DNA from: an uncultured Clostridia bacterium
Lineage (GTDB): Bacteria > Bacillota > Clostridia > TANB77 > CAG-508
Assembly: GCA_947626335.1 (NCBI GenBank)
Contig: CANQRY010000001.1
Span: 19,132-83,131 of the forward strand
DNA: 64,000 nt
Direction: 5' to 3'
Shown here piece by piece: positions 41,431 through 52,676 of this stretch (position 1 is its first letter; each line of letters begins with the position of its first letter). The notes beneath the pieces are model-generated. The model was not told where the DNA came from. It did not search any database and saw nothing but the letters and a program-made list of their open reading frames with translations. The position numbers and the translations under genes are program-made.

Positions 41431-42205
41431 TTATTTTATTGGTTTTTGGGTTCCGTTACTATCTACTGTATAATTATCTTTATAAATTAAGTCTGATACT
41501 GTTACTATTTTATAACCTGCTTTTTTAATGTTATTTAATAACATTTCAAGGCTATCTGCTGTATGTTCTGTTCCATTATGCATTAAAATTATAGAACCAT
41601 TTTTTAATTTTCCGATTTAGTCTTTCCCACATTTTGTCTCCTGTTAAGCCTGTATAATCTAAGGTGTCTAGGCTCCATTGTATAGGTATTTGTCCCGCAT
41701 TTTTTGCTGATTTTATAACAGTATTGTTATATTCTCCATAAGGAGCTCTATAAAGAGTAGTTCTTTTGCCTGTTATTTTTTCTATTTTAGATGAACAATT
41801 CTCAATTTGCTTTATATTTTCTTCGCTACTTAAATTATTTACATGTGGATGAGTGTTAGAATGATTTGCTATTTCGTGGCCTGCATCTGACATTTTCTTT
41901 AATGCTTCTGGGTATTTTTCTGCCCAATCTCCCACCACAAAAAAGGTTATTTTAGTTTCATTTTCCTGTAAAGTTTTTAAAATGCTATCTATATCATCTG
42001 CATTCCATGCGCAGTTCATTGTAAGTGCAATTTTATTTTCTTCTGTTTCTACACTATATATTGGAAGCTCTCTTGCTTGTGAAGAGGTCGCAATTATATT
42101 AGAACCATTTTGAGTTACTGCAAATGCTATTACAAATAGCACTACCACGGTGCTAAAAGCCACTAAATATGAATATATTTTTTCTTTATTAAAAACAATG
42201 AACAT
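41431..42205 (-). CDS. Polysaccharide deacetylase (NodB-family, PdaB-like). The annotated frame stops at 41576 after an in-frame CGG at 41612-41614 (...ERLNRKIKKWFYNFNA*). The +1 frame gives the conserved ...ERLN-GKLKNGSIILMHNGTEHTADSLEMLLNNIKKAGYKIVTVSDLIYKDNYTVDSNGTQKPIK* ending at 41431.
   Basis: NodB motifs (TFFVVGDW, HEIANHSNTHP, RAPYGEYN), then KNGSIILMHNG (the conserved NodB His motif) only in the +1 frame. Confidence 0.85.
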
Positions 42206-42307
42206 AAGTAAAAAAGCCTCCGTAAAATTTATTATTAGAATATATGCTTTTTTATTTTATTTATGACAAAAAAACTCCATCTACTATGGAGTTTTCTATT
42301 TCTATAA

Positions 42308-43108
42308 CTATACATTAAGTTTTGTTTTTTCTTCTACAAGTTTGGCTTTTACTTTTTTTCCAAGTAATGCAGTAGCCACTTCATTAAATTTATGCTCTGT
42401 TTCTGTTAAATAAATATCTAAATTTACATTTTTTGTTTTAGAAAGCATATCCTTTTCTTCTAAAATGTTTTTTACATTTTCTGCTACATAAGTTCCTGTA
42501 TTAATGATTTCAGTTTTACTCCCAATTTGTTTTCTTAATACATTTGTTAACAATGGATAATGTGTACAGCCTAAAATTAAAGTATCTACTTTTTTTAATG
42601 GTTTTAAATATTCTTTAACTACAAGTTTTGCTATTTGATTATTGTACCACCCTTCTTCTACCATTGATGCAAGTAGTGGGCATGCAATACTTTGTGTTCT
42701 TGCATTTGGAATGTCTTTTAAAATACTTCTTTTCCATCCTCCACTTCTAATCGTTCCTGCTGTTGCAATTATTCCAATATTGGTTTTACCAGTTTTTATA
42801 ATATGCTCAATTGTTGGCTTTACTACTCCTATTATAGGGATATCATATAGTTTTTCAACAGTTTCTAAACTTTGAGTTGTTGCAGTTCCACAAGCAATTA
42901 CAATAAGTTTAACATTCTTTTTTATTAAAAACTCTATTCCTTCCTTGGTTAAATCTATAATGGTCTCCTTTGATTTACTTCCATAAGGAAAGCATTTCGT
43001 ATCTCCTAAATAAACAAAATTTTCTTGTGGTAGTTTTTTCATTATTTCTTTTAATACTGTCATTCCACCCACTCCAGAATCAAATACTCCTATTGGTCTA
43101 TTATCCAT
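42308..43108 (-). CDS. murI: Glutamate racemase MurI
   Basis: 266 aa with MurI motifs (IGVFDSGVGGMTV, DTKCFPYGSKS, VIACGTATT, ILGCTHYPLL). Confidence 0.9.
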   Translation of the reverse strand: MDNRPIGVFDSGVGGMTVLKEIMKKLPQENFVYLGDTKCFPYGSKSKETIIDLTKEGIEFLIKKNVKLIVIACGTATTQSLETVEKLYDIPIIGVVKPTIEHIIKTGKTNIGIIATAGTIRSGGWKRSILKDIPNARTQSIACPLLASMVEEGWYNNQIAKLVVKEYLKPLKKVDTLILGCTHYPLLTNVLRKQIGSKTEIINTGTYVAENVKNILEEKDMLSKTKNVNLDIYLTETEHKFNEVATALLGKKVKAKLVEEKTKLNV

Positions 43109-43416
43109 TTTTATTCACATTCCTTCCTTAGACACAAATTTGGTTGGAAAAGAATTAAATTTTGGCTAGGAAAACGAATTTAAAATTTATGAGGCGTACT
43201 TTTTGTACGTTGATTAAATTTTAAATGAAGTTTGACGACGCCAAAATTGTAATTATTTTTCAACCTTTTACCTCACTTTTTGTTTTTTATAATTATACTA
43301 TTTTTGTTCCTATTTTACTATAGTTTTTACACATTTTTTAATCATATATATTTTGCACATTTTGTCGATTTTTCACATAAGATATATAAGATAATGAAGA
43401 AAGGAAGGAAAATAAT

Positions 43417-43848
43417 ATGGATTATGAAAAAAATGTATGCCCAGTTTTAAATGTAGATGGTGTTTTAGCTACTGGAAAACAATTTGATTTAGATATTACT
43501 TTACCAGAAGATAACAGAACAGTTATTTATGGAATTATTAAAGATTGTTATCAAGATCCTGTTTGTGATGCTGTAGTAAAACTAATTGAAGTTGTTAATG
43601 ATTGTGGCAAAGAAGAAAGAAGACCAGTTTCTCACACTTTTACAGATAAAAATGGAGAATTTGTTTTTGGACCTCTTTGTGCTAACCGTTTATATGAAAT
43701 TGAAGTATGGGCTGACCAAGTTAAACATTGTAAAGTATGTACTTCTTGCAAACATGAAGGCAAATGCTTAAAAGGCGTTGAGCTTGAGTGTCCTAAATGC
43801 GAAGAACATCCTTGCAATAAACCTTGTGAAAAACCTTGCTGTAAATAA
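43417..43848 (+). CDS. Cys-rich hypothetical protein (143 aa), possibly spore-associated
   Basis: ORF track; C-terminal CKVCTSCKHEGKCLKGVELECPKCEEHPCNKPCEKPCCK. Confidence 0.4.
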   Translation: MDYEKNVCPVLNVDGVLATGKQFDLDITLPEDNRTVIYGIIKDCYQDPVCDAVVKLIEVVNDCGKEERRPVSHTFTDKNGEFVFGPLCANRLYEIEVWADQVKHCKVCTSCKHEGKCLKGVELECPKCEEHPCNKPCEKPCCK

Positions 43849-43870
43849 TTAGTTTATATTATTATTTTTA

Positions 43871-43905
43871 AAGAGCGTGAGAATTTTTCACGCTCTTTTG
43901 ATTTT
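43871..43905 (+). terminator. Rho-independent terminator
   Basis: aagagcgtga / tcacgctctt hairpin followed by a T-run. Confidence 0.7.
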
Positions 43906-43914
43906 TATTATTTA

Positions 43915-44055
43915 TTACATTATTCCCATTTTCTTAGCTATTTGCTTACCTTTTTTCATCATTCTTCGTTTGCTTTGACCCATAGTTTCTGCATACACCA
44001 TTGCAACACCTGCAGTTACAATTCCACCTATTAACATACCTTTTATAAATTTCAT
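43915..44055 (-). CDS. Small membrane protein (46 aa), not in the ORF track
   Basis: ATG at 44053-44055 with RBS AAAGGAGGCA 8 nt upstream. Peptide MKFIKGMLIGGIVTAGVAMVYAETMGQSKRRMMKKGKQIAKKMGIM, one TM helix plus a basic tail. Confidence 0.4.
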   Translation of the reverse strand: MKFIKGMLIGGIVTAGVAMVYAETMGQSKRRMMKKGKQIAKKMGIM

Positions 44056-44078
44056 TTTTTTGCCTCCTTTAAAATAAT

Positions 44079-44469
44079 TTAATTATGATTAGTATGTCTA
44101 TTTTTATTTTTTATATACATTTTATACCAAGAATAAATCTCATATATTGCTAAAACAACTAAAAATCCGCCAAATAGCCTTCTTAGTATATTTACATTTA
44201 ATTTAGTGCTTATACTAGCAGTAATTATTGCACCAATTACACCTGCAAAAACAACTAAAATAGCATCTTTCCACAATAAATTTTTGTTTTTTATACTTAC
44301 AATAATAGAAGCAATAGCAGTTGGAATGTAGAACACTAAATTTGTAGCTTGAGCTACGTGCTGATCTAATTTTAATAAAATGGAAAGGAGAAGAATCAGT
44401 ATTGTTCCTCCTCCCATTCCCATTCCGACTGACAATTCCAGAAATAAAACCTATTAGTAATTCAATCAT
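44079..44469 (-). CDS. TauE/SafE (DUF81) half-size membrane protein, second of a tandem pair. In-frame CGG at 44425-44427; the +1 frame gives MIELLIGFISGIVS-GMGMGGGTILILLL...
   Basis: GxGGG motif (GMGMGGGT) characteristic of TauE repeats. The annotated frame after the CGG reads RNGNGRRNNTDSS..., which is non-membrane. Confidence 0.7.
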
Positions 44470-44504
44470 CTTTTACTTTCCCATTTTATGAATTATGCAT
44501 TATT

Positions 44505-44849
44505 TTAAAATAACATATTGAACCCTGCGTAAATTAGAAAACCAGCAAAGATAAGTTTTAAATACTTATCTGGCACTTTATTTAATGCTTTAGATCCACA
44601 TAATCCGCCTATAATTCCACCTATTGCGCATAATATTCCTATTTTCCAATTAATAAATTTGCTTTTCCCATAAAATATGGAAGTTACACAAACCATTGGC
44701 AAAATACAAAATATTGATGTAGCCCTTGCTTTTTTTGGTTCCATTTTTAATGTGTATATAAATGTTGGCACTAAAATAAGTCCTCCTCCTGCTGTAAAAA
44801 GGCCACAAATCATTCCAGCAAATAAACCAACTAATAATTTTTTTAGCAT
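44505..44849 (-). CDS. TauE/SafE (DUF81) half-size membrane protein, first of a tandem pair
   Basis: 114 aa with four TM segments and GGGLILVP motif. Separate RBS (GGGAAAG) for the downstream half. Confidence 0.65.
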   Translation of the reverse strand: MLKKLLVGLFAGMICGLFTAGGGLILVPTFIYTLKMEPKKARATSIFCILPMVCVTSIFYGKSKFINWKIGILCAIGGIIGGLCGSKALNKVPDKYLKLIFAGFLIYAGFNMLF

Positions 44850-44888
44850 AATTCCTCACTAATTTTTTTATTAGTATGCTTTATTGTT

Positions 44889-45140
44889 TTATTCATTATT
44901 CATTTTTTGCTTATGTTTTTGAATTTCACTTTGTGCTATTTGAGTTAAAATTTGATCACATTTTAACATTTGTGCTATTATATTATTTCTTTGTTCTTCT
45001 TTTTCAATGCAATCAGTTGAATCTAGAAATTTTTGCAATTGATTTAGATATTTTTTGTTTTTTTCTTTCCAATCTAAACTATTTTTGCTTTTATCTCTTT
45101 TATCTTTTGTGTGTTTTGGTTTAAAAATCATAATACACAC
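44889..45140 (-). CDS. Small hypothetical protein (83 aa), basic/coiled
   Basis: ORF track only. Confidence 0.3.
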   Translation of the reverse strand: MCIMIFKPKHTKDKRDKSKNSLDWKEKNKKYLNQLQKFLDSTDCIEKEEQRNNIIAQMLKCDQILTQIAQSEIQKHKQKMNNE

Positions 45141-45296
45141 CCCTTTTGCTTTATTACTTCTATGCGCATTTTTATTACTTTTATGGTTATGTTTATCTCT
45201 TAATATGTAATTTTAATACATCTCGTGATAAAATACAAGCATAAGACAAAATATGACAAAATTCTGCAAAATTTTCATAATAGGAAGGTTGATTAC

Positions 45297-45512
45297 ATGA
45301 TTAAAATAAAATTATCTGATTTATTAGGCAAACATAAGATGACCCAGAAAGCTCTAGCAACTCTAACCCACATTAGACCTGCTACTATTTCTAAAATGTA
45401 TTATGAAGAAACCAAAAGAGTTGACATTAGTCAACTAAATAATATTTGCCATGCATTTAATTGTGAAATTTCTGATTTATTAGAATATATTCCAGATGAT
45501 GAACGCAAATAA
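45297..45512 (+). CDS. XRE-family (Cro/C1-type) HTH transcriptional regulator
   Basis: 71 aa from ATG 45297 with RBS AGGAAGG. HTH MTQKALATLTHIRPATISKM. Confidence 0.75.
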   Translation: MIKIKLSDLLGKHKMTQKALATLTHIRPATISKMYYEETKRVDISQLNNICHAFNCEISDLLEYIPDDERK

Positions 45513-45586
45513 TTCTATTTTTAAATATTAACTAATAAGTTTAATATGATTATATCAAAAACTACTAGTAAAATACTAGTAGTTTT

Positions 45587-46730
45587 TTAATTTTTTTTAA
45601 TTTTAGGAATAATTTCTTGTATTTTATTTACTAGGAAGTTAACATCTTCTTTTGTGTTATCTTTTCCAAAAGTTACTCTTAAGGCTCCTTCTAGTAAGTC
45701 TTGAGAAAGACCAATTGCTGTTAATACATGTGATGGGCTTTTGCTTCCCGTACTACATGCAGAGCCTGCAGATGCACAAATTCCGTGCTTCATCTAACGC
45801 GAGTAGTAACTCCCCTGCATTTACTCCTTTAAATGAAATATTACTGTTGCCTGCTAATCTATTTACTTTGTCTCCATTTAGTTTTATATCAAGACCTGAT
45901 TCTTCTAATTTTGATATATAGTAATCTCTCAAATTTAATAATTTTTTATTATACTCATCAAAATTATCATAAATTTCTTCTATTGCACAGCCTAGGCCTA
46001 CAATCCCTGCTACATTTTCGGTTCCTGCTCTTTTATCTTTTTCTTGATGGCCTCCATCTTGTATTTTTTCAAAGTTTATACCTTCTCTTACATATAAAGC
46101 CCCTATTCCCTTTGGCGCATAAAATTTGTGCCCTGACATTGAAAGTAAATCTATATTATATTCATCTACATTTATTTTTATATTTCCAATTGCTTGAACT
46201 GCATCTGTATGAAATATTATATTATTTTTGTGTGCAATTTCACCTATTTGTTTAATTGGCTGTATTGTTCCTATTTCATTGTTTGCAAACATAATTGATA
46301 TAAGAATAGTGTCTTCGCAAATAGAATTTGCAAGCTCTCCTAAATTTATAAAACCATTTTCATTAACATTTAAATATGTTACTCTAAATCCTTGTTTTTC
46401 TAAAGTTTTACAAGCATTTAATACTGCATGATGCTCTATTTTGCTTGTTATAATATGGTTTCCTTTTTCTTTATTTGCATAGCAAACCCCTTTTATAGCT
46501 AGATTATCACTTTCACTTCCACAAGATGTAAAATATATTTCTTTTGACTTAGCTTTTATTGCATCTGCTACTTTTTTTCTTGCTTCTTCTACTTTTCTTT
46601 TTGCCTGCCTTCCTAAACTATACATTGCTGATGCATTTCCATATTGAATATTAAAATATGGAAGCATTTCATTTAATACTTTTTCACTTACTGGTGTTGT
46701 TGCTGCATGATCAAAATATCTAATTTTCAT
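45587..46730 (-). CDS. nifS: Cysteine desulfurase (NifS/IscS family, class V aminotransferase). Split by an in-frame CGG at 45783-45785; the +1 frame gives ...[34 protein letters not shown]...
   Basis: PLP-binding SGHKFYAPKGIGALY and the active-site loop SAGSACS. The annotated frame ends ...DEARNLCICRLCM*. Confidence 0.88.
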
Positions 46731-46861
46731 AAGATTTTATCAATCCTTTTTGCTTTGTTTTATAATATTATATGTATTTTTTAGGTGAAATTATACAAAA
46801 CAAATTTAATATTTTGTAATAACAAATTAAAAGTGCTTGAAATATAAATTCAAACACTTTT

Positions 46862-47212
46862 TTATACCTTATTTTCATCTTTTGACTCATTCCATCTTAA
46901 CATTCTAATATTTTGGTAAGCCTGCAAAACCTCCGAATATTTACGATATTCATCTTCCCATACAATTGTAGGTATTTTATCATAAGCTGCAAATACTTTT
47001 TCAGCCTCACTTAAAAATATTATTTGTTCTTGTGGTGACATTACTCCATACCTTTTTGAAAATTTATATAATTTATCCAACATTTCATTTGCTTGTATAA
47101 AGCTTGCAAAGTCTTTTATTTTAATGCCTGCCATTCTAATTTGCAAAACAAGCATTGCTACAAGTGCAAATATTGCAAATACAAGCAAATAGATTATTGC
47201 CATAAAATTCAT
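46862..47212 (-). CDS. Hypothetical protein with an N-terminal TM anchor (116 aa)
   Basis: ORF track only. Confidence 0.35.
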   Translation of the reverse strand: MNFMAIIYLLVFAIFALVAMLVLQIRMAGIKIKDFASFIQANEMLDKLYKFSKRYGVMSPQEQIIFLSEAEKVFAAYDKIPTIVWEDEYRKYSEVLQAYQNIRMLRWNESKDENKV

Positions 47213-47355
47213 TAAAAATACACCCTTCCTTAACTTTTTTCATTATACCATTTATATTTTTTTTGTGCAACTATAATTTTTGGTATATTTTCTATTTTAT
47301 TTTATAAATTTATGTTATAATGGGTTATACATTTTTAAAAAAGGAATTTAAAAAT

Positions 47356-48214
47356 ATGGATAGATTTAAACAAACAAAAACAGCTGGTTTGCTTGGGATT
47401 ATTGGTAATTTATTTTTGTTAATTATTAAAGGAACTACTCGGATTTATATTTAAAAGTCAAGCTATGATTGCAGATAGTTTTAATAGTGCTAGCGATATT
47501 TTTGCTTCTCTTATGACTTTTGTAGGTAATAAAATTGCAAGCGAGCCACAAGATAATAGTCATAATTTTGGTCATGGAAAAGCAGAATATATATTTTCTA
47601 TGCTAATTGCTATTTCTATGATTCTTATTTCTTTTAAATTACTTTATGACTCTATTTGCACTTTATTTTACGGAAGTAAATTAACTTTTTCTTGGCTTTT
47701 AGTAATTGTTTGTATTGTTACAATTATAACTAAACTTGCACTTTATCTATATACTCGAATGCTTTGCAAAAAATATGAAAATATTTTATTAGAAGCTAAT
47801 AAACAAGACCACAGGAATGATTGCATAGTAACTACATTTACTCTAATTTCTACTTTACTTACTTTGGCTAATATTTATTGGTTTGATGGGGTAGTTGGTT
47901 TTGGAATTTCTGTATGGATTTGCTTAACTGGAGTTAAAATTTTTACTGAAAGTTATAATGTTTTAATGGACATTTCAATAGATAGCTTTACTGAAGATTT
48001 GATTTTAGACTTAGCTCATGGCTATAAAGAAATTAAAAAAGTAGATAAAATTTCTTCTACTCCTGTTGGGCATCAATATGTTGTTTTTTTAACAATTTAT
48101 GTAGATGGTAATATGACTACTTTTGATAGCCACAATTTAGCAGATAGGCTAGAAATGGACGTTTCTGGACTAGAAAAGGTTTATAAGGCTGTGGTGCATG
48201 TAAATCCAATTTAG
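47356..48214 (+). CDS. Cation diffusion facilitator (CDF) family transporter. In-frame CGG at 47440-47442; the annotated upstream frame stops 4 codons later. The +1 frame joins MDRFKQTKTAGLLGIIGNLFLLIIKGTT-GFIFKSQAMIADSFNSASD...
   Basis: CDF motifs (IADSFNSASD, HNFGHGKAEY) and a C-terminal cytoplasmic domain. The N-terminal 28 aa, including TM1, lies in the upstream frame. Confidence 0.82.
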
Positions 48215-48220
48215 TACAAA

Positions 48221-48258
48221 AAACGAGGCTTTGCTTGTAAGCAAAAGCCCCGTTTTTT
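48221..48258. terminator. Bidirectional terminator between the CDF gene and clpC
   Basis: Imperfect hairpin acgaggctttgc...gcaaaagccccgt flanked by A and T runs. Confidence 0.5.
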
Positions 48259-48259
48259 A

Positions 48260-50710
48260 TTATGATACTACTATTTTTTCTTCTTCTGCTGATAGTTTTA
48301 CTTTTTTAGATGGCTTAATATTTCCATCTAGAATTTCTTCTGCTATTTTATCTTCTAATATATTTTGTATTGCTCTTTTAAGTGGTCTTGCACCATAGTT
48401 TGTATCAACACCTTTTTTAGTAATTAGCTCTTTAACACTATCATCTATTTCTACATTTATATTTTGTTTTTGTAGTCTTTCTTCCACTTGTTTTAGCATA
48501 ATATCTATAATTTGTTTTATATCGTCATCATTTAATTTATGGAATACTATTATTTCATCAATACGGTTTATAAACTCTGGTCTAAACTCCTTTTTTAGTT
48601 CTCCCATAACATCCTTTTTAATGCTTTCATATTCTTTTTTTGCTTCTTCTTTTTGATTTATAGTTACAGTAAAGCCTAATGTATTTTTATCTGTAATCAT
48701 TCTTGCTCCAATATTTGATGTCATAATAATTACTGTATTTCTAAAGTTTACTGTTCTTCCTTGGCTGTCTGTTAATCTTCCATCATCTAAAATTTGAAGT
48801 AACATATTCATTACATCAGGATGAGCTTTTTCAATTTCATCTAACAAAATTACTGAATATGGTTTTCTTCTAATTTTTTCTGTTAGTTGACCTCCTTCAT
48901 CAAAGCCTACATAACCTGGAGGTGAACCAATTAGTTTTGCAACAGAATGTGGTTCCATATATTCAGACATATCAATTCTAATCATTGCATCTTCATTTCC
49001 AAATAGGCTTTCTGCTAAGGCCTTAGAAAGCTCTGTTTTTCCAACACCTGTTGGTCCTAAGAATAAAAATGAACCAATTGGGCGGTTAGGGTCTTTTAAT
49101 CCAACTCTTCCTCTTCTAATTGCTTTTGCTACTGCTTCAACTGCCTCATTCTGTCCAACAACTCTTTGATGCAAAGATGCTTCTAAATTTTTAAGTTTTT
49201 CGTTTTCACTTTGTGTTAGTTTTTTTACAGGTATGCCTGTCCATTTAGATACTACGTCTGCAATATCTTCTTCTGTTAAAGTAGTTACACTTTTTGTATT
49301 TTTGCTTTCCCATTTTTCATTTTCTTTTTCTAATTTTTCTTTTGCTTCTTTTTCTTTATCACGAATACTTGCTGCCTTTTCAAAATCTTGCATACGAATA
49401 GCATCTTCTTTTTCTTTATCTAGGCTTGCTATTTTTTCTTCTAGTTTTTTTAGAGTATCTGGTTGCGTATATGTTTTCATTTTTACTCTTGATGCCGCTT
49501 CATCTACTAAATCTATTGCTTTATCTGGTAAAAATCTATCATTTATATATCTAGTAGAAAGCTCAACCGCTGCTTTAATTGCTTCATCTGTAATTTTTAC
49601 ATTATGATGAGCCTCATATTTATCTCTTATTCCTTGCAAAATATTTATGGTTTCTTCAGTTGTAGGCTCTCCTACTGTTACAGGGCTAAAACGTCTTTCT
49701 AAAGCACTATCTTTTTCAATATATTTACGATATTCGTTTAAAGTAGTTGCACCAATTACTTGGACTTCTCCCCTTGCTAATAGTGGTTTTAAAATATTTG
49801 CTGCATCTACTGCACCTTCTGCTGAGCCAGCACCTACAATAGTATGAACTTCATCTATGAATAAAATTACATCTCCTGCTTTTTTAACTTCTTCTAAGCA
49901 TTTTTTTATTCTTTCTTCAAAGTCACCCCTGTATTTAGCACCTGCTACCATGCTTGCTATATCTAGGCTTACAACTCTTTTGTTTTTTAACATTTGAGGT
50001 ACATCTTCTGAAACTATTTTTTCTGCTAAACCTTCTGCTACTGCTGTTTTTCCAACACCTGGTTCACCAATTAAACATGGGTTGTTTTTTGTTCTTCTAG
50101 ATAAAATTTGAATTACTCTTTCAATTTCATCTTTTCTTCCTATTACTGGATCTAACTTTCCTTCTACTGCTTTTTTAGTTAAATCTGTTCCAAATTGATT
50201 TAATGTAGTTGTTTGGTTGTAGCTTCCTCTTGGCTTGTTAGAAGTATTTTTCTCATTTGTTCCTGCATTTTCATCTTCGTTAATTACTTTTATAATCTCA
50301 TTATATAGTTTTTGTGGATTTACATTTAAGTCCATCATAATACGAACTGCAACGCTATCTCCTTCGCGCATTATTCCAATTAGTAAATGCTCTGTTCCTA
50401 TAAATTCTGAACCTAATTTTCTTGCCTCTATGAATGCATTTTCAATTACTCTTTTGCTTCTAGGAGTAAATCCTACACTGCTTTCATCTTGCAATTCTTC
50501 TCCTCTGCCTATTAAACTTTCTATTTCTTCTGCAATTTTTTCTGGAGTTACTTCTTGAAGACTTAATACTTGGCTTGCAACTCCGCTTGTTTCTTTTGCT
50601 AAGCCATATAAAATATGCTCTGTTCCAATATAGTTATGCCCGAATTCTATTGCTAAATCACTTGCATATTCTAATGCTTTTTCTGCACTATTTGTGAATT
50701 TATACATCAT
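48260..50710 (-). CDS. clpC: ATP-dependent Clp protease ATP-binding subunit ClpC
   Basis: 816 aa with two Clp_N repeats, two AAA+ modules ([20 protein letters not shown]) and a UVR linker. Confidence 0.93.
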   Translation of the reverse strand: MMYKFTNSAEKALEYASDLAIEFGHNYIGTEHILYGLAKETSGVASQVLSLQEVTPEKIAEEIESLIGRGEELQDESSVGFTPRSKRVIENAFIEARKLGSEFIGTEHLLIGIMREGDSVAVRIMMDLNVNPQKLYNEIIKVINEDENAGTNEKNTSNKPRGSYNQTTTLNQFGTDLTKKAVEGKLDPVIGRKDEIERVIQILSRRTKNNPCLIGEPGVGKTAVAEGLAEKIVSEDVPQMLKNKRVVSLDIASMVAGAKYRGDFEERIKKCLEEVKKAGDVILFIDEVHTIVGAGSAEGAVDAANILKPLLARGEVQVIGATTLNEYRKYIEKDSALERRFSPVTVGEPTTEETINILQGIRDKYEAHHNVKITDEAIKAAVELSTRYINDRFLPDKAIDLVDEAASRVKMKTYTQPDTLKKLEEKIASLDKEKEDAIRMQDFEKAASIRDKEKEAKEKLEKENEKWESKNTKSVTTLTEEDIADVVSKWTGIPVKKLTQSENEKLKNLEASLHQRVVGQNEAVEAVAKAIRRGRVGLKDPNRPIGSFLFLGPTGVGKTELSKALAESLFGNEDAMIRIDMSEYMEPHSVAKLIGSPPGYVGFDEGGQLTEKIRRKPYSVILLDEIEKAHPDVMNMLLQILDDGRLTDSQGRTVNFRNTVIIMTSNIGARMITDKNTLGFTVTINQKEEAKKEYESIKKDVMGELKKEFRPEFINRIDEIIVFHKLNDDDIKQIIDIMLKQVEERLQKQNINVEIDDSVKELITKKGVDTNYGARPLKRAIQNILEDKIAEEILDGNIKPSKKVKLSAEEEKIVVS

Positions 50711-50853
50711 TTTTACACACTTCCTTTATCTTTTATAATTTGATTTATAATTTTTTTTATGGTATAATTATATTATGTACATATAAATAGGCTTTTGGCC
50801 TATAACACCACCCTGCATAATTGCAGTACAAACACTTTTAGGAGGAATGCATT

Positions 50854-51006
50854 TTGTTAGAACTCTTATTTCTTGTTTGTGGCGTTGTTCATCTCTTAGT
50901 GTCACACTTTTGGGGTTGGCAACAAGCACTTGGCTATGATATCCTAATGGGTTGCTACATTATAGCATCTCAGCTGGAACAAAACAATAAGAACAATAAG
51001 AAATAG
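50854..51006 (+). CDS. Candidate small membrane protein (50 aa) on the opposite strand inside the mcsB-clpC intergenic region; TTG start
   Basis: AGGAGG 8 nt upstream of TTG 50854. Peptide MLELLFLVCGVVHLLVSHFWGWQQALGYDILMGCYIIASQLEQNNKNNKK. Followed by hairpin cctccc-ttaagt-gggagg plus a T-run (51012-51042). Confidence 0.3.
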   Translation: MLELLFLVCGVVHLLVSHFWGWQQALGYDILMGCYIIASQLEQNNKNNKK

Positions 51007-51057
51007 CTCATTCCTCCCTTAAGTGGGAGGTTTTATTTTTTTGCTTGTAATAATTTT

Positions 51058-52077
51058 TTAATTTTTACTTTTTATAATTTCCTTAATAACCTCTGGTCTT
51101 TTTATATCTCTTTCATAACCATCTAGCTGTTTTCCTACATACTTTTGCAAGTTTGCAGGATTATTATATAAGTATAGTTTTAAAACTTTAGCATCTGTTA
51201 ATTCTTTAATTATTCCCAAATCTGTTCCTAATTTTACATATGAAAGTAATTTTTTGGTTTCATCAGATGATAATTTTGCAGCATATGAAAGTACGCCATA
51301 TGCACGATAAACTCTATCTTCTAAATCAATAGAATTTTTAGCTAAATACTTTCTTGCCATTCTTTCTTGCTGAATTACTTTTTCTGTAATTGTATTTAAG
51401 TTCTTAATAATATCATTTTCTGTTAAGCCTAATGTTTGATTATTTGAAATCTGATAAATATCACCTTGGCTTAACGTTCCTTCTCCATAAATGCCACGTA
51501 TATTCATTCCAAAGCTATTTACTATGTTTAGTATTTTATTTATATTTCCTGTCATAGTTAATGCTGGTAAATGTACCATTACAGATGCTCTCATTCCTGT
51601 ACCAACATTAGTTGGACATGCTGTTAAATAGCCATATTTTTCATGTGTTGCATAATTTAATATGCTATCTAATTTTTCGTCTATTTCAGTAGATAAGTTG
51701 TTTAAATTTTCTAAATCTAATCCTGATGAAAATACTTGCATACGAATATGGTCTTCTTCATTTATCATTATACAAATATTTTCTTCATCATTTATTAAAA
51801 TTGCTCCATTTGAATTTTTATCTGCTGCAAATTCTGGACTAATAATATGTTTTTCTACTAAACTTACTTTTGTAATATCATCCATATCACTTAACTTTAT
51901 AAACTTTAGACCATAACCAATACTTGGAGTTATATCTTTTATTTTATTTAATAATTCATTTGCTTTTGAACTTGAAATTTTAGTCATAAATGGGTACTCA
52001 GCTAAATTTCTAGCAAGCCTAACTCTTGAACTTATTACTATATCTGATTCTTTTCCACTTTGTAAATACCAATTCAT
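51058..52077 (-). CDS. mcsB: Protein-arginine kinase McsB
   Basis: 339 aa with a phosphagen-kinase-like domain (LTACPTNVGTGMRASV). Confidence 0.88.
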   Translation of the reverse strand: MNWYLQSGKESDIVISSRVRLARNLAEYPFMTKISSSKANELLNKIKDITPSIGYGLKFIKLSDMDDITKVSLVEKHIISPEFAADKNSNGAILINDEENICIMINEEDHIRMQVFSSGLDLENLNNLSTEIDEKLDSILNYATHEKYGYLTACPTNVGTGMRASVMVHLPALTMTGNINKILNIVNSFGMNIRGIYGEGTLSQGDIYQISNNQTLGLTENDIIKNLNTITEKVIQQERMARKYLAKNSIDLEDRVYRAYGVLSYAAKLSSDETKKLLSYVKLGTDLGIIKELTDAKVLKLYLYNNPANLQKYVGKQLDGYERDIKRPEVIKEIIKSKN

Positions 52078-52091
52078 ATTATACCTCCATT

Positions 52092-52664
52092 TTATTTATC
52101 ATTTAATTTTTTTATTTTATCTCTAATTGTTGCTGCGTCTTCATATCTTTCTTCTTTTATTGCTTGTTTTAGCTCGGCATTTAAATTATTTAGCTTTTCT
52201 TCTTTGCTTAGTTTTGGTTTAGTATTTTGTGATTTTAAGTTAACACCCACATCAGTTGGAGTTTCATATTTTTTAACTTTGCTATTTTTTAGTCTACTTT
52301 TTCTTCCTACATGTGTATCAGACCCATGAATCTTTTTTAGTACATTGTTTAATCCATTTGAAAAAACATCATAACAATTTTTGCATCCAAACTTTCCGGT
52401 TTTTGTAAATTCATCATAAGTCATTCCGCAATTATCACATTTTAGAACCTTAGTTTTTGTAAAGCTTGGCAAAAAGTTTTCTTCGGCTGTTTCGAAAAAG
52501 TCTCCTAAAAAGCTTGAAAAGTTTATTGGCATATTGAAATCTAGGCTTTCTAACCCTAAGCTTTTGGCACATTTATCACAAAGTGCCATCTCCTTTTTTA
52601 CTCCGTTTATTATTTGAGTATAATGAAAATTAACTTCATTTTTTCCACAATTTTGACATAACAT
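52092..52664 (-). CDS. mcsA: McsA (UvrB/C motif plus zinc-finger protein, activator of McsB)
   Basis: CQNCGKNE...CDKCAK and CDNCGMTY...CKNCY zinc fingers; C-terminal UVR-like region. Confidence 0.8.
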   Translation of the reverse strand: MLCQNCGKNEVNFHYTQIINGVKKEMALCDKCAKSLGLESLDFNMPINFSSFLGDFFETAEENFLPSFTKTKVLKCDNCGMTYDEFTKTGKFGCKNCYDVFSNGLNNVLKKIHGSDTHVGRKSRLKNSKVKKYETPTDVGVNLKSQNTKPKLSKEEKLNNLNAELKQAIKEERYEDAATIRDKIKKLNDK

Positions 52665-52676
52665 AATTTTTACCTC

